A stretch of DNA of 64,000 nucleotides from Anaeramoeba ignava BMAN (Eukaryota; Protista; Anaeramoebae), in the NCBI GenBank assembly GCA_028826165.1, contig JAPDFW010000057.1, positions 372,001-436,000 on the forward strand, in the 5' to 3' direction. How positions within the stretch are numbered: position 1 is the first letter of the stretch; the number at the start of each line of letters is the position of its first letter. Position numbers and translations under genes: made by a program. Below the pieces are notes generated by a model. That model had not been told where the DNA came from. It saw only the letters and a list, made by a program, of their open reading frames with translations, and searched no databases. Of this stretch, positions 48,494 through 60,569 are shown piece by piece.

Positions 48494-50239
48494 ATGAATG
48501 ATTGTTTATTTTTTGGTTGGAATCAATTTCCAACTCTTTTCGAAAATGAATCATTTCTAATAACAAAACCAATTCAATTTAAATTTGAAAATGAAAATGA
48601 AAATGAAAAACAAATTAAACAAATTTCATTAGGAATACTTTCAATAATTTTCCTTTTTAAAAATGGAAAAGCAATAGAATACTTAAAAGATTCAAAACAA
48701 AATCCTTCAAAAATCCAAATTGAAAATATTCAAAAAGTAACTGCTGGTGGTGGAAATGAAGCTATTTTAACAAAAGAAGGGAATGTATTTGCCAAAGGAT
48801 ATCATATTGATTCAGAAAATAAAACAGAATTTATCAATATTTCATCATTAATTGAAGATACAAATGATAGAATAATTCAAGATATTGTTTCTGGAGTTAG
48901 TTCAATTTACTTATTAACTTCAAATCAAAATGCTTATGGAATTGGTTCAAATCAAAAAGGTCAACTTGGTTTTGATTTTAACACACTTCAAAAAACAGAA
49001 AAACCAATTTTAATGATGAAAAATGTTTCTAAAATATTTTCAGGAATTTCTTCATCTCATGCTTTTCTTTTAAGTTCAAATCAAGAATTATTTGTATGTG
49101 GAAATAATCAATTTGGCAAACTTGGATTAGGAAGATCAATAAAAGAAAAAATCGATAAATTAACCAAAATCCAAAATATTCCAAAAGGTAAAATAATTGA
49201 TATTCAAGGTGGATTTAATCATTCAATAATGTTGATTGAAAATCAAAATCTAAAAAGAAAAGTTTATTCATGTGGAAATTATCGATATAATGGATTTGGT
49301 AAAAGGCGAGATATTTATGAATTTACTCAAATCAAATCATCTTTATTTGAAAATGATGATAATATTCTTGAAATTTCTGTTGGAGAATATCATAATTTGA
49401 TTTTAACAGAAAAGGGGAAACTAATAGTATTTGGATACAATGAAATTGGTCAATTAGGAACTGGAGATACAAAATTTCAAAGAATTCCAATTCAAATTGA
49501 ACTTCCTAAATTAAGATTTAATGAAAATATTTCTAATTATCATATTTCTTGTGGATTTCGCAAATCATTTCTTTATTATTCTCCTCTTTCTTCTTCCAAT
49601 CTTGAAGAAGATTTGATAAAATTATTTAGAAGAAAAGAATTTTGCAATATTTCATTTAAAACAGAAAATGGAGAAATAATCAAAGCTCATAAATTAATAT
49701 TGAAATATAGATTAAATCAAAATGAAAATCAAATTGAAAAACTTCAAGAAATTATTTCAAAAAAATCAATTAAAGAATCAAATCAAATATTTGAAATGAT
49801 TTATTCAAACAGAATAATAAATCCAGAATTATATTCAGAAATTAAAGAAATTATAAATTCAAATGAAAAAATTGAAGAAACAATGAAAAGAATTTATTTA
49901 AATGAAAATGAAAATGAAAAAGATTTTATAATTGAAAGAAAAGAAAAACAATATAAATTTCCAAAATTAATATTAATAATGAGAAGTGAATTATATCGAG
50001 GAATGTTTTTATCTGTAACAGAAGATAAATCTAATAAAGTTACAGATTATAGTGAATTAAGTAATAAACCATTTCAAATATTAGAATATTGGATTTATTC
50101 AAATCAAATCAAAGATGAAATTCAAATTACACAAGAAATTATTGATGAAATTAAGAGTATAACAGGCTATTTCCAATTAAATCAAACAAAACCAAATTTA
50201 ATTGATTTATTAATTAACAAATTTAAAAATCAAAATTAA
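48494..50239 (+). CDS. RCC1-repeat + tandem BTB protein (copy 3)
   Basis: Same architecture as copies 1 and 2; intact, intronless ORF. Confidence 0.92.
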   Translation: MNDCLFFGWNQFPTLFENESFLITKPIQFKFENENENEKQIKQISLGILSIIFLFKNGKAIEYLKDSKQNPSKIQIENIQKVTAGGGNEAILTKEGNVFAKGYHIDSENKTEFINISSLIEDTNDRIIQDIVSGVSSIYLLTSNQNAYGIGSNQKGQLGFDFNTLQKTEKPILMMKNVSKIFSGISSSHAFLLSSNQELFVCGNNQFGKLGLGRSIKEKIDKLTKIQNIPKGKIIDIQGGFNHSIMLIENQNLKRKVYSCGNYRYNGFGKRRDIYEFTQIKSSLFENDDNILEISVGEYHNLILTEKGKLIVFGYNEIGQLGTGDTKFQRIPIQIELPKLRFNENISNYHISCGFRKSFLYYSPLSSSNLEEDLIKLFRRKEFCNISFKTENGEIIKAHKLILKYRLNQNENQIEKLQEIISKKSIKESNQIFEMIYSNRIINPELYSEIKEIINSNEKIEETMKRIYLNENENEKDFIIERKEKQYKFPKLILIMRSELYRGMFLSVTEDKSNKVTDYSELSNKPFQILEYWIYSNQIKDEIQITQEIIDEIKSITGYFQLNQTKPNLIDLLINKFKNQN

Positions 50240-50455
50240 ATTTAAAATTAAAATTAAATTTAAAATTAAAATTAAAATTATAATTAAAATTAAAATTAAA
50301 ATTAAAATTAAAATTAAAATTAAAATTAATATTAAAATTAAAATTAAAATTAATATTAATATTAAAATCAAAATTAAAATTAAAATTCCAAATTCATTTT
50401 TTTTCATTTTTCATTTTTCATTTTTTCATTTTTCATTTTTTTCTTTTCAAAAAAT

Positions 50456-53400
50456 ATGGAAAAAATTAAACAAAAAGCTTTTCTTCATTTTCAATTTCAT
50501 GATTTTGAAATAAATTCACAAACGTAAATTCTAATTTATAAATTAAAATTTATTAAAAAATTTATTAAATAAAAAAATTTTTTCTTTTTAAATTTAAAAG
50601 AATTCTTGAATGTCATATATTGTTTTATAATTATGAAACATCAAGTTGGACTTATTTTGAGAAGAATATTTTAAAACCGTAATTGAAACATTTTTTATAT
50701 TGGGATATTATTTAAGCAAATTTATTTAAAAAAAACAAATTCAAATAAAAATTAGTCAATCAAATTATCTTGTTTATCCTCAATTAGTTGAAGTTTTAAT
50801 TGATTTACGTTTTGATCAAAAGTTTCAAATATATTTAATGAAAGGAAACACTGAAATTTTTGGTTCTTCAGTTTTTTCTCTTGCTGAAGTAAGATGAATA
50901 TTTTTTACAGAAAAAAGGAAATCAATTTAAATTTAAAAATCAATTTAAATTTAAAAATCAATTTAAAAATCAAAATTAAAAATCAATTTAAAATTAAAAA
51001 TCAATTTAAAAATCAATATCAAATAAAAATCAAAATCAAAAATCAATTTAAAATTAAAAATCAATTTAAAAATCAATTTAAAATTAAAAATTCAAAATTC
51101 AAAATTCAAAAACCAAATCAAAAATCAATTTAAAATTTAAAATTCAAAATTCAAAATTCAAAATTCAAAATTCAAAATTCAAAATTCAAAATTCAAAATT
51201 CAAAAAAGATTTTTTCTGAAAAAGATCAAATTATAGAAAAACTTTTTCAGGAAAGAAAAGGAAAAATTAATATCCAAATCAGTTTTCCTAATTTTCAACC
51301 TCCACACTTTATTTCTATTCCACAAATTCCACCAATTGAAAAACAAGTAAACACAAAATAATATTTTTGAATTAAATTCAAAAAACTCATTTGCTTTGTT
51401 TTATAAAGATTGAGAATATTCATTATAGATTTATTCAAGAATTAAAAGATGTTGAATTTCAAAGTGGAAATAAAATAATTTTCAATGCAAATGGATTAAA
51501 AAAAAATTCAGTTTTTGGAAAAATGAAATCATTTTTAATTCTACAAAAAGAAAATGGAGATGAAATTGGAAGAACTGGAATTGTTGAAAAAGTAGAAGAA
51601 AAAAAAAAGCAAAAGCAAAAGCAAAAGGAATCAATTAAAATTTATTGTTTCAATTTGAAAATAAATTAGGAAATTAATCCAAAATGGAATGAAATGGTTA
51701 TTTCTATTCCATTTGATATGAAATCACATATTTACCTTCAATGCTGGAATTCTTCAACTAAAAAATCATCTAATTTAATTGGAGAATGCAAAATTCTTGC
51801 TGAGGATCTTTATAAAGAAGGAACACAATTTAAATTAATTAATCCAAAAAAAATCAACTCAAAAAAATATGATAATTCAGGAATTGTTTCTGTTCGTTCA
51901 ATTCAACCAAATTTTCGAACAGAACAAAGATTATTAAATACAAGAATTCAATTTTCACCACCAATTCCATTTGATCCTAATGCCTCTTTATTTGATTATG
52001 TATTTATAATAATCCAAAAAAAAAAATCATCGTTTTTTTAAGATTAGTTTTTATTATTATTATTATTATTATTTAGATTTTATCTGGTTTTGATATTCAA
52101 ACGATGTTTATGTATTTGATATTTTTTATATTTATTCGTTTAAATATTTATTCATTTAAATTTTTTCAGTGCTGATTTTACAGGATTTAATTTAGATCGT
52201 CATTCAAATTTTCATTATTTACTTGTTAATAAAAAAATGAATATTTTTTCTGTATTTAATCAAAATCAAAATCAAAATCTAAATCAAAATCAAAATCAAA
52301 ATCAAAATCAAAATTTAAATCAAAATTCAAAATCAAATTCAAAATCAAAATCAAAATCAAAAATTTAAATCAAAATTTAAATCAAAATTTAAATCAAAAT
52401 TCAAAATCAAATTCAAAATTTAAATCTAAATCAAAATATTTTAGTTCATTCTTCATTCTTTAGTTGCAGCAATTTCCCCTTTAAATAAAACAAAACAATT
52501 TCCTGTAAAAATAATTTAAAAATCAATTTTTAAAAATAATTTTCATATCCATTTTAAAACAAAAACAAAAACAAAAACAAAATAAGGCATTTTATTGGGG
52601 GAATTATCTTACCAATTTATCACCAAATAAAGAACCATTTGAAAATATAGAACAAATTGAAACAGGTTTAAATAAGATTACTTCTGGATTAAAAAAACAA
52701 ACAAAACATCAATTTGATTATATTCGAGTTTGCGAATTAGCTTGCAATTATCCTGAAAATTTTAATAATCCAAATCGTTATTTAGTATTTTAAATCCAAA
52801 TTTAAATTCAAAAATCAAAAATCAAATTCAAATTTAAATTTAAATTTAAATTCAAAATCAAAATCAAATTCAAAATCAAATTCAAAAATCAAAAATCAAA
52901 TTCAAATTCAAAATAAAATTCAAATCAAATTCAATTTCAAAATCAAATTCAAATTATTTTTTCTTTTTAGGTTTCAATTATAATAATTGATAATCTTGAT
53001 GTTGATGAAACTCAAATGAATATATTAAGAACACTTTTTATTAAAGCTTCAAAACAACCGTTATCAATTATATTTATTGCGTAATTTATTTTTTATTTTT
53101 ATTCCACTTTTTTTATTTTTATTTTTATTTTTATTCCACTTTTTTTATTTTTATTTTTATTCCACTTTTTTTATTTTTTTTTCTTATTAGTTTATCTCAA
53201 GAACCAAACAAATTCAAAAATCTTCAAATTTTAACAAATGAATTCAATGAATCTGTTTTGTCATCATCTTCTTTACATACTTTTCAAAGACCTTTTATTT
53301 CTGTATTAATTTTTAATTTAATTTTTTATTTTTTTAATTATTAATTTTTTAATTTAATTTTTTAATCTTTTTAGACTTATTTATTTTCAGATTTTTTTGT

Positions 53401-53497
53401 TGATCAAACTTTCTCTTTACCAAATTGGTTTAAACAACAATTTTCTTCTCTTGAAAATCAAGTTCTTTTATTCTTAAAACAAATGAGAACTTTCTAA
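50456..53497 (+). CDS. Divergent copine-like protein (C2-C2-vWA), 13 exons
   Basis: Exons approx. 50456-50523, 50601-50678, 50756-50888, 51209-51346, 51409-51591, 51670-51999, 52077-52111, 52170-52251, 52445-52504, 52587-52784, 52971-53080, 53190-53302, 53374-53497, frame-consistent. Motifs FGSSVFSLAEI, GRTGIVEKEINPKW, SLFDYILSG..ADFTG, KQFPAF, YLVSIIIID, KASKQPLSIIFI. Confidence 0.78.
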
Positions 53498-53946
53498 TTG
53501 TTTTAATATTTACTTTTTTCAATTATTCAAAAAAGAAATTATTCCATTTTTTTTTCTTTTTGAATTGTCAATTATTTTTTTTTTAATTTTGAATTTTGAA
53601 AAACAAATCTAAACAAAATTTTGATAGAAATTGCCTTATTTTTTTTTTTAAAATTAAATTAAAAGAAAAAGATTTTTTTTTTTTTAAATTCGAAATTTTT
53701 AATTTTTTTATTTTTCATTTTTTTCTTTTTTTTCATTTTTTTAATTATATTTTTTTTCTTCTTCTTCTTCTTTTTGTCTTTTTCTTTCTGCTTTTAAATT
53801 GTTTTTTAAAATAACAAATCAAAACAAATCAAAACAAAAAAAGAGTATTTGTTTACTTCAAATTTTAATATTGACATTTTTGCCACTTCTTTTAATAACT
53901 TTCTTTAAATTAACGTTATTTAATTGATCTTTTTATTAATTTAAGA

Positions 53947-56900
53947 ATGGGTGATCTTGATATTTCAATTACACAATGGATAACATTTTCATTATCTGTT
54001 CTTGCAATTTTATGCATAATTGGTTTAATATTTTTTATTCTTCAAAAAAGAAAACGAAGTTTTAATAAAATTTGGCATTTTAGAGTTAATTTAGCTTTAA
54101 CTGGACTTATTTGGCTTGTAATTATTTCTGCCATTTTAATCACATCTTTTTAAATATAAAATTTAACAAGAAAATTTATTTTGAAATTAAAATTCATTTT
54201 AAAATTTATTTTGAAAATTAAAATTAAAATCAAAATTGAAATCAAAATTAAAATTGAAATTAAAATTTATTTTGAAATTAAAATTCATTTTAAAATTTAT
54301 TTTGAAATTGAAATTAAAATTAAAATTCATTTTAAAATTAAAATTAAAATTAAAATTAAAATTAAAATTAAAATTGAAAATTAAAATCAAAATTAAAATT
54401 AAAATTAAAATTAAAAATTAAAATTAAAATTAAAATCAAAATTAAATTTAAAATTAAAATTAAAATTAAAATTAAAATCAAAATTAAAATTAAAATTAAA
54501 ATTAAAATTAAAATTAAAATTGAAATTAAAATTGAAATTAAAATTAAAATTAAAATTGAAATTAAAATTAAAATTAAAATTTAAAATTGAAATTAAAATT
54601 CAAAATTAATTGATAAATAGCTTTCCATATTATTATCAGCAACTTTTTTTTGGAGTGAAAAAGGGTTCTTTCCATTAAGTGAAACAGGACATAAGATAGC
54701 ATGTTTAGTTACACTTACAATATCAAGAGGATTTGCACAACCTTTTTTATTTTTATTAATATTTTTTTTACTTCAAATAAGAATGAAGACACAAACATTC
54801 AATATTTCGAAAACATCTAAAAAATCTTGCTTGCGTTCTTTACTTTTTATACTTCCAATGCTTGCTGTTCAAGGTATTTTGATAGCAGTTAATGTGACAC
54901 AAGAAAAATCAAATGTTGTTTATAATATTTATGATTATGATAATTCTCGTTGCATTATTCCAATTGTTTCAACACTTGCTTTTGCAATTTTTTCATTTTT
55001 CTTTCTTTTCTTTTTTCGTAAGTGATTTTAAATTAAATATTAAATTAAATATTAAATTAAATATTAAAATAAATATTAAATTAAATATTAAATTAAATAT
55101 TAAATTAAATATTAAATTAAATATTAAATTAAATATTAAATTAAATATTAAATTAAATATTAAAATAAATATTGAATATTAAATTAAATATTAAATTAAA
55201 TATTAAATATAAATATTAAAATTAAATATTAAATTAAATATTAAATTAAATATTAAAATAAAATTATTAAATTAAATATTAAATTAAAATATTAAATTAA
55301 ATATTAAAATTAAATTGAAAATTAAATTAAATTAAATATTAAATTAAATATTAAATTAAACATTAAATTAAATATTAAAATAAATATTAAATATCAAATA
55401 TTAAATTAAATATTAAATTAAATATTAAATTAAATATAAAATTAAATATTAAATTAAATATTAAATTAAATATTAAATTAAATATTAAATTAAATATTAA
55501 ATTAAATATTAAATTAAATATAAAATTAAATATTAAATATCATATATTAAATTAAATATTAAATTAAATACTAAATATTAAATATTAAATTAAATTTTAA
55601 ATATTAAATATTAAATTAAATATTAAATTAAATATTAAATTAGTTTTTCGAATTATTAAATTTGCTGGAACTTTAAAAAATGAAAGTTTTAGAAGTAGAC
55701 TTTTCTTTGTAATGTGGATTTTTATTCTTTCAATTCTTGGAAATATTGGATTATCTTTCCCTTCTCAAAATGAATATATTATTCTTTTTCATATTATTGT
55801 AGCTTGTATTACTTTATTTGCATGCTTTTATGTATTTATTTAAAAATTAAAATTAAAATTAAAATTAATATTAAAATTAAAATTAAAATTAAAATTAAAA
55901 TTAAAATTAAAATTAAAATTAAAATTAAAATTAAAATTAAAATTAAAATTAAAAATTAAAATTAAAATTAAAATTAAAATTAAAATTAAAATTAAAATTA
56001 AAATTAATATTAAAATTAAAATTAAAATTAAAATTAAAATCAAAATTAATATTAAAATTAAAATTAAAATTAAAATTAAAATTAAAATTAAAATTAAAAT
56101 TAAAATTAAAATTAAAATTAAAATTAAAATCAATATTAATATTAAAATTAAAATTATTATTATAAAAGACTTTCATAATTAGACCAATACTTGGCTCAAG
56201 AGGTTTATATCAAAATTTAGAACACTTTGATTCACAAATACAAAACCCAAAACTTGATCAAGAAATATCAGGAAATAATGAAGGAGAAATTCAACTAGAA
56301 GATTTAGAAAGTCAAGAAACAAAAAAAGATCAAAAATCCAAAACAAAAGAAGAATCATCAAATGAAGAATTTTTATTTTCTCCACAAGAAGATAGCAAAC
56401 ATCAACAACCACAACAACAACTACAGATCAAATCATTACAAAATGCACCTGATTCACTTGATATTTCTGATTCTGAGCCAAATGATGTTGATACTGTTAA
56501 TTTAAATGCAGATTCTATTCAAACAATTAAACAAATGACTAGAAATTCAAGAATTGGTCGCAGATCAATTATGAATACTCCTGCTGTTGTTCAAAATGTT
56601 CATAATTTGGATGGATTTTCAAGTGATGATTTAAAAGATGAATCTGAAGATAATATTCCAAAAGATTCATTAAAGAAAGATAATATTCCAAAAGATTCAT
56701 TAAAGAAAGAAAATATTCCAAAAGAATCATTAAAGAAAGATAATATTCCAAAAGATTCATTAAAGAAAGAAAATATTCCAAAAGAATCATTAAAGAAAGA
56801 TAATATTCCAAAAGATTCATTAAAGAAAGATAATATTCCAAAAGATTCATTAAAGAAAGAAAATATTCCAAAAGATTCATTAAAGAAAGAAAATATTCCA

Positions 56901-57599
56901 AAAGAATCATTAAAGAAAGAAAATATTCCAAAAGATTCTTTAAAAGATGAATTTGATTTCAGCAATTCAGATGAAAATGAAAATCAAAAAGATGAAAATC
57001 AAAAAGATCAAAATCAAAAAGATGAAAATCAAAAAGATGAAAATCAAAAAAATGAAAATCAAAAAAATGAAAATCAAAAAGATGAAAATCAAAATAGACC
57101 ACACAAACACAAACAAAAGCATAGACACAAACACAAACACAAAAATAAAAACAACAAACAAAATAAATCAATTTCATCAGAACCACCAAAAAGAAATGTT
57201 GTTGATTCTAAAAAAATTGAAGAAATTGCTGATTTTTATATGAATGAATCAAATGATCCAACAAATATTGAAAAAGTTGATGCCAAAGAAATTTTAACCC
57301 AAAGTCTTTCAAAATACGAAAAAACTCAAAGTAATATTGATCAAGATAAAATATTTGAAATCATGCAAATTTTGGAAAATCAAGAACAAACGGATTCTGT
57401 TCAAAAACCTACACATAAAAAGAGACATCATCGACAACATACAGGAAAACATCACAAAAAAGATTCAAAAAAATCACATTCAAGAAGTCATTCTCAAAAC
57501 AAAAATCCTTCAAAAATTTTAAATACAAATCTTGATATTAATATTGATATTGATTTAGATAATGATATTTCCAATTCCGAAAATCAAGAAAAAAAATAA
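53947..57599 (+). CDS. 7TM GPCR-like protein (plant CAND2/PMTR1-like) with long repetitive tail
   Basis: Exons 53947-54117, 54621-55017, 55644-55831, 56169-57599 in frame; seven hydrophobic segments; FNKIWHFR, ISRGFAQPFLFL, CIIPIVSTL, FIIRPILGSRGL; tail with (KDSLKKDNIP)n, (KDENQ)n and HK repeats. Confidence 0.82.
55018..55643 (+). repeat. Intron of a 12-bp (TAAATTAAATAT)n repeat
   Basis: Tandem 12-mer between GTAAGT and TAG. Confidence 0.85.
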
Positions 57600-57763
57600 T
57601 CAAATTCAAAAATCAAATCCAAAAATCAAATTCAAAACTTTTTTTTTAAGAAATTGTTTTCTTTTTTTCTTTTAATTCTTTTTAATTTTTAATTTTCGAA
57701 AATTATTGAAATTTTGATTAAAAAAAAAATATTAAAATAATAAAATATAATTTTATTTTTCTT

Positions 57764-60015
57764 TTAAAAATCAGTTGAAATAATCATTCTAATATCTTCT
57801 TCAGCATTTTTCAATTTTTGAAGTAAATCTTGATAATGTTTTCTTTGCTTTTCTACTTTTTCATCTTCAACCATTAAAGTATTTGCATCCATTTGAGAAA
57901 TTTCAGAATAAAGAAATTTAAATAATTCATCAAAACCAAATTTAATAAAAAGATGAACAATAGTTTTTGGAATAGAATCAATCACTTTAATTCTAACAAT
58001 ATCAAGATAACTATTTGAAAACAATCTCAATAATTCACATTCATTTTGATCATTTTGAGTTAAATTTAGATTTGAATTTTCAAATTCCATTTCAATTTCA
58101 TTTGAATTTTGATTTGAATTTTGATTTGATTTTTGATTTGATTTTTGATTTGAATTTTGATTTGAATTTTGATTTGAATTTTGATTTGAGCGAACTCTTG
58201 GTTTCTTATTATCATTCTGTTTTGGTGAATTGGTGTCTTTCCGTTTTTTTTTCTCATTTTTATTTTCTGGTTTTTTTGAATTGAGATTTGAATACCAATC
58301 ACGAAAGGCTTGAAAAATACCTTTTCTTTTTTCAATTTGGTTTTCAATTCCAATGAGATCAGAAGGTTTTATAATATCAGCCAAATTAGTAAAATCAGGA
58401 TGATTAGTATCAATAAAAGCCTTTTCACAATCAAGCATTTTATCAATAAATTCTGTTGTGGTTTTTTTTTTGAGAGAGAAAAAATCAAGAGCTCTTTGAG
58501 TAATTTCTTGATTGAATTTTGGATATTTCTCAATAAAATGGAATCCATGAGAAGAAACAAGAGAAATGAGAATTTGATAAACATTATTAAGAAGTTGGTA
58601 AACTGGAGAACGGAAAGTATCGATTCCTTCTCTAATAAGATATTCAAAAGTTGTACTTGAAATAAACAAAGTTCCTTGAAAAGCTGTTGAATTTAAAATG
58701 GAGTTCATGATCACTTCGTCACTGATTTCATCAAGAGGCTCAATTTCCTTCATTTTTTGAGAATATCCAAGGAATGTTTGCTTGATTTTTGCAGCTGCTG
58801 TCATTTGATTCAATTGAACCTTATTTGAATCACCGTTGATCGTTGAAGTTAATTCTTGTGTAAATTTATGCATCAAAATCATGCACAATTTCTCTTTTGA
58901 TTCAATTAAACTCATTGAATCAGGACCTTCAAATTGTTTGAGTTGCTCTTCGCAATTTTGCTTTTCCTTTCTTATTTGGGTTAATAATGATGGAAGTGAT
59001 TTCTTGATGTGTTCTATTAATACTGATGAAAGTCTTTGTGTTAAATAAGGTGTTCCACATTTTTCGGATATATTTCGATAAATTTTTGATTCTTCAAAAA
59101 ACATCTTTTCTTTTGCTAATGCTTTTTCAATTGGTACTTTTTCCTTAATATTTTTTTGTGAACGATTAACAACTGGAATATATCCTAATTTGAGTGGATG
59201 AACTTTTCCATTCAAAATATCAAGAGCATGAGTTCCTTGATCCATTATATCTATTTTAGTTAATACTCCTATTGTTCTATCTCCTGTTTTATCAAATTCT
59301 GTTATTACTTTCATTGCTTGATTTACTGCAAAATCTTGATTTGCTGGGATTACTGCTAAAATTATTGAATTTTCTTGTGAAATGTATTTTTTCACTAAGT
59401 TTTCAATTTCTTCTATTATTTGTTTTGGTTGATTTTGGGTTGTTAGTTGGATTAATCCTGGGAGATCAACTAATGTAAGTTCTGGAACATTTGGTAAATA
59501 GAACTTTTTTTTAATTTTGATTTTAATTTTATAAATGAATTTAATTTTAATTTTATAAATGAATTTAATTTTGATTTTATAAATGAATTTAATTTTGATT
59601 TTAAAAAAAGAAAACAAACTGTTAAATCAATTGGTTGAGATGAAATGGGATTATTTTCAGTAAGAATATTTGTAAATCTTTCAATTTCCTTTTTAACATC
59701 ATTAAAATTAGTAAAAGTTTTATCTAAATGAGAAAAAACAGCCCATTCAGTAACATTTTCATTAGGAAATTCTGGATTAGGAATAGCAACTCTTTGAATA
59801 TGAAGAATTAAAGGACATCTAGTTACCATATTATTTCCTCTTGGAAGAAAATCTTTTCCAACAATATTTTCAAGTACAGATGATTTTCCTGAACTTTGTC
59901 CTCCTACTACTACTATTTGTGGTAAATTTAATAATGTTGGATCATTTCTTAAAAAATCAAGTTGCATTTTTCCTATAACTGAAACTAGACTTGAAAAATT
60001 TTTATTATGTTCCAT
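57764..60015 (-). CDS. Dynamin-related GTPase (Drp1/Vps1-type, no PH domain), paralog A
   Basis: Exons 60015-59620 and 59503-57764; LPQIVVVGGQSSGKSSVLE, FLPRG, VTRCP, TLVDLPG, RTIGVLTKID, VVNRSQ, GED YLDIVRIKVIDSIPKTI. Confidence 0.93.
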
Positions 60016-60109
60016 TTCAAAAAAAAAATGAAGAGAAAAAAATGAAAAAAAATTAAATTTAAAAAAAGGAAAAAAGGAAAAAAATTTAAAAAAGGAAAAA
60101 AGGAAAAAA

Positions 60110-60450
60110 ATAAAAAGGTGAATTAAGTAAAAAAAAGTGGATCTTAATTAATTAATTTAATTTAATTTAATAAAAAAATAAAAAGGTGAATTAAGTAAAA
60201 AAAAAGTGGATCTAAATTAATTAAATTTAATTTAATTTAATAAAAAAATAAAAAGGTGAATTAAGTTTAAAAAAAAAAGTGGATCTTAATTTAATTCAAT
60301 TTAATTTAATTTAATAAAAAAATAAAAAGGTGAATTAAGTAAAAAAAAAAGTGGATCTTAATTAATTCAAATTAATTTAATAAAAAAATAAAAAGGTGAA
60401 TTAATTCAATAAAAAAAGTGGATCTTAATTAATTTAATTTAATTTAATAA
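60110..60450. repeat. ~70-bp tandem repeat (5 copies) immediately upstream of dynamin paralog A
   Basis: AAAAGGTGAATTAAG...AAAGTGGATCTTAATT, with GGTG at 60117, 60185, 60255, 60329, 60395. Confidence 0.85.
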
Positions 60451-60569
60451 AAAAATAAAAATTGAAATTTGAATTAATTCAATAAAAAAAGGAATTAAGA
60501 AAAATTGAGCTTTTATTGAATCATTTTAAATTTTTTCATCATTATAAAAAAAAAATTTTTTTCGTTCAT

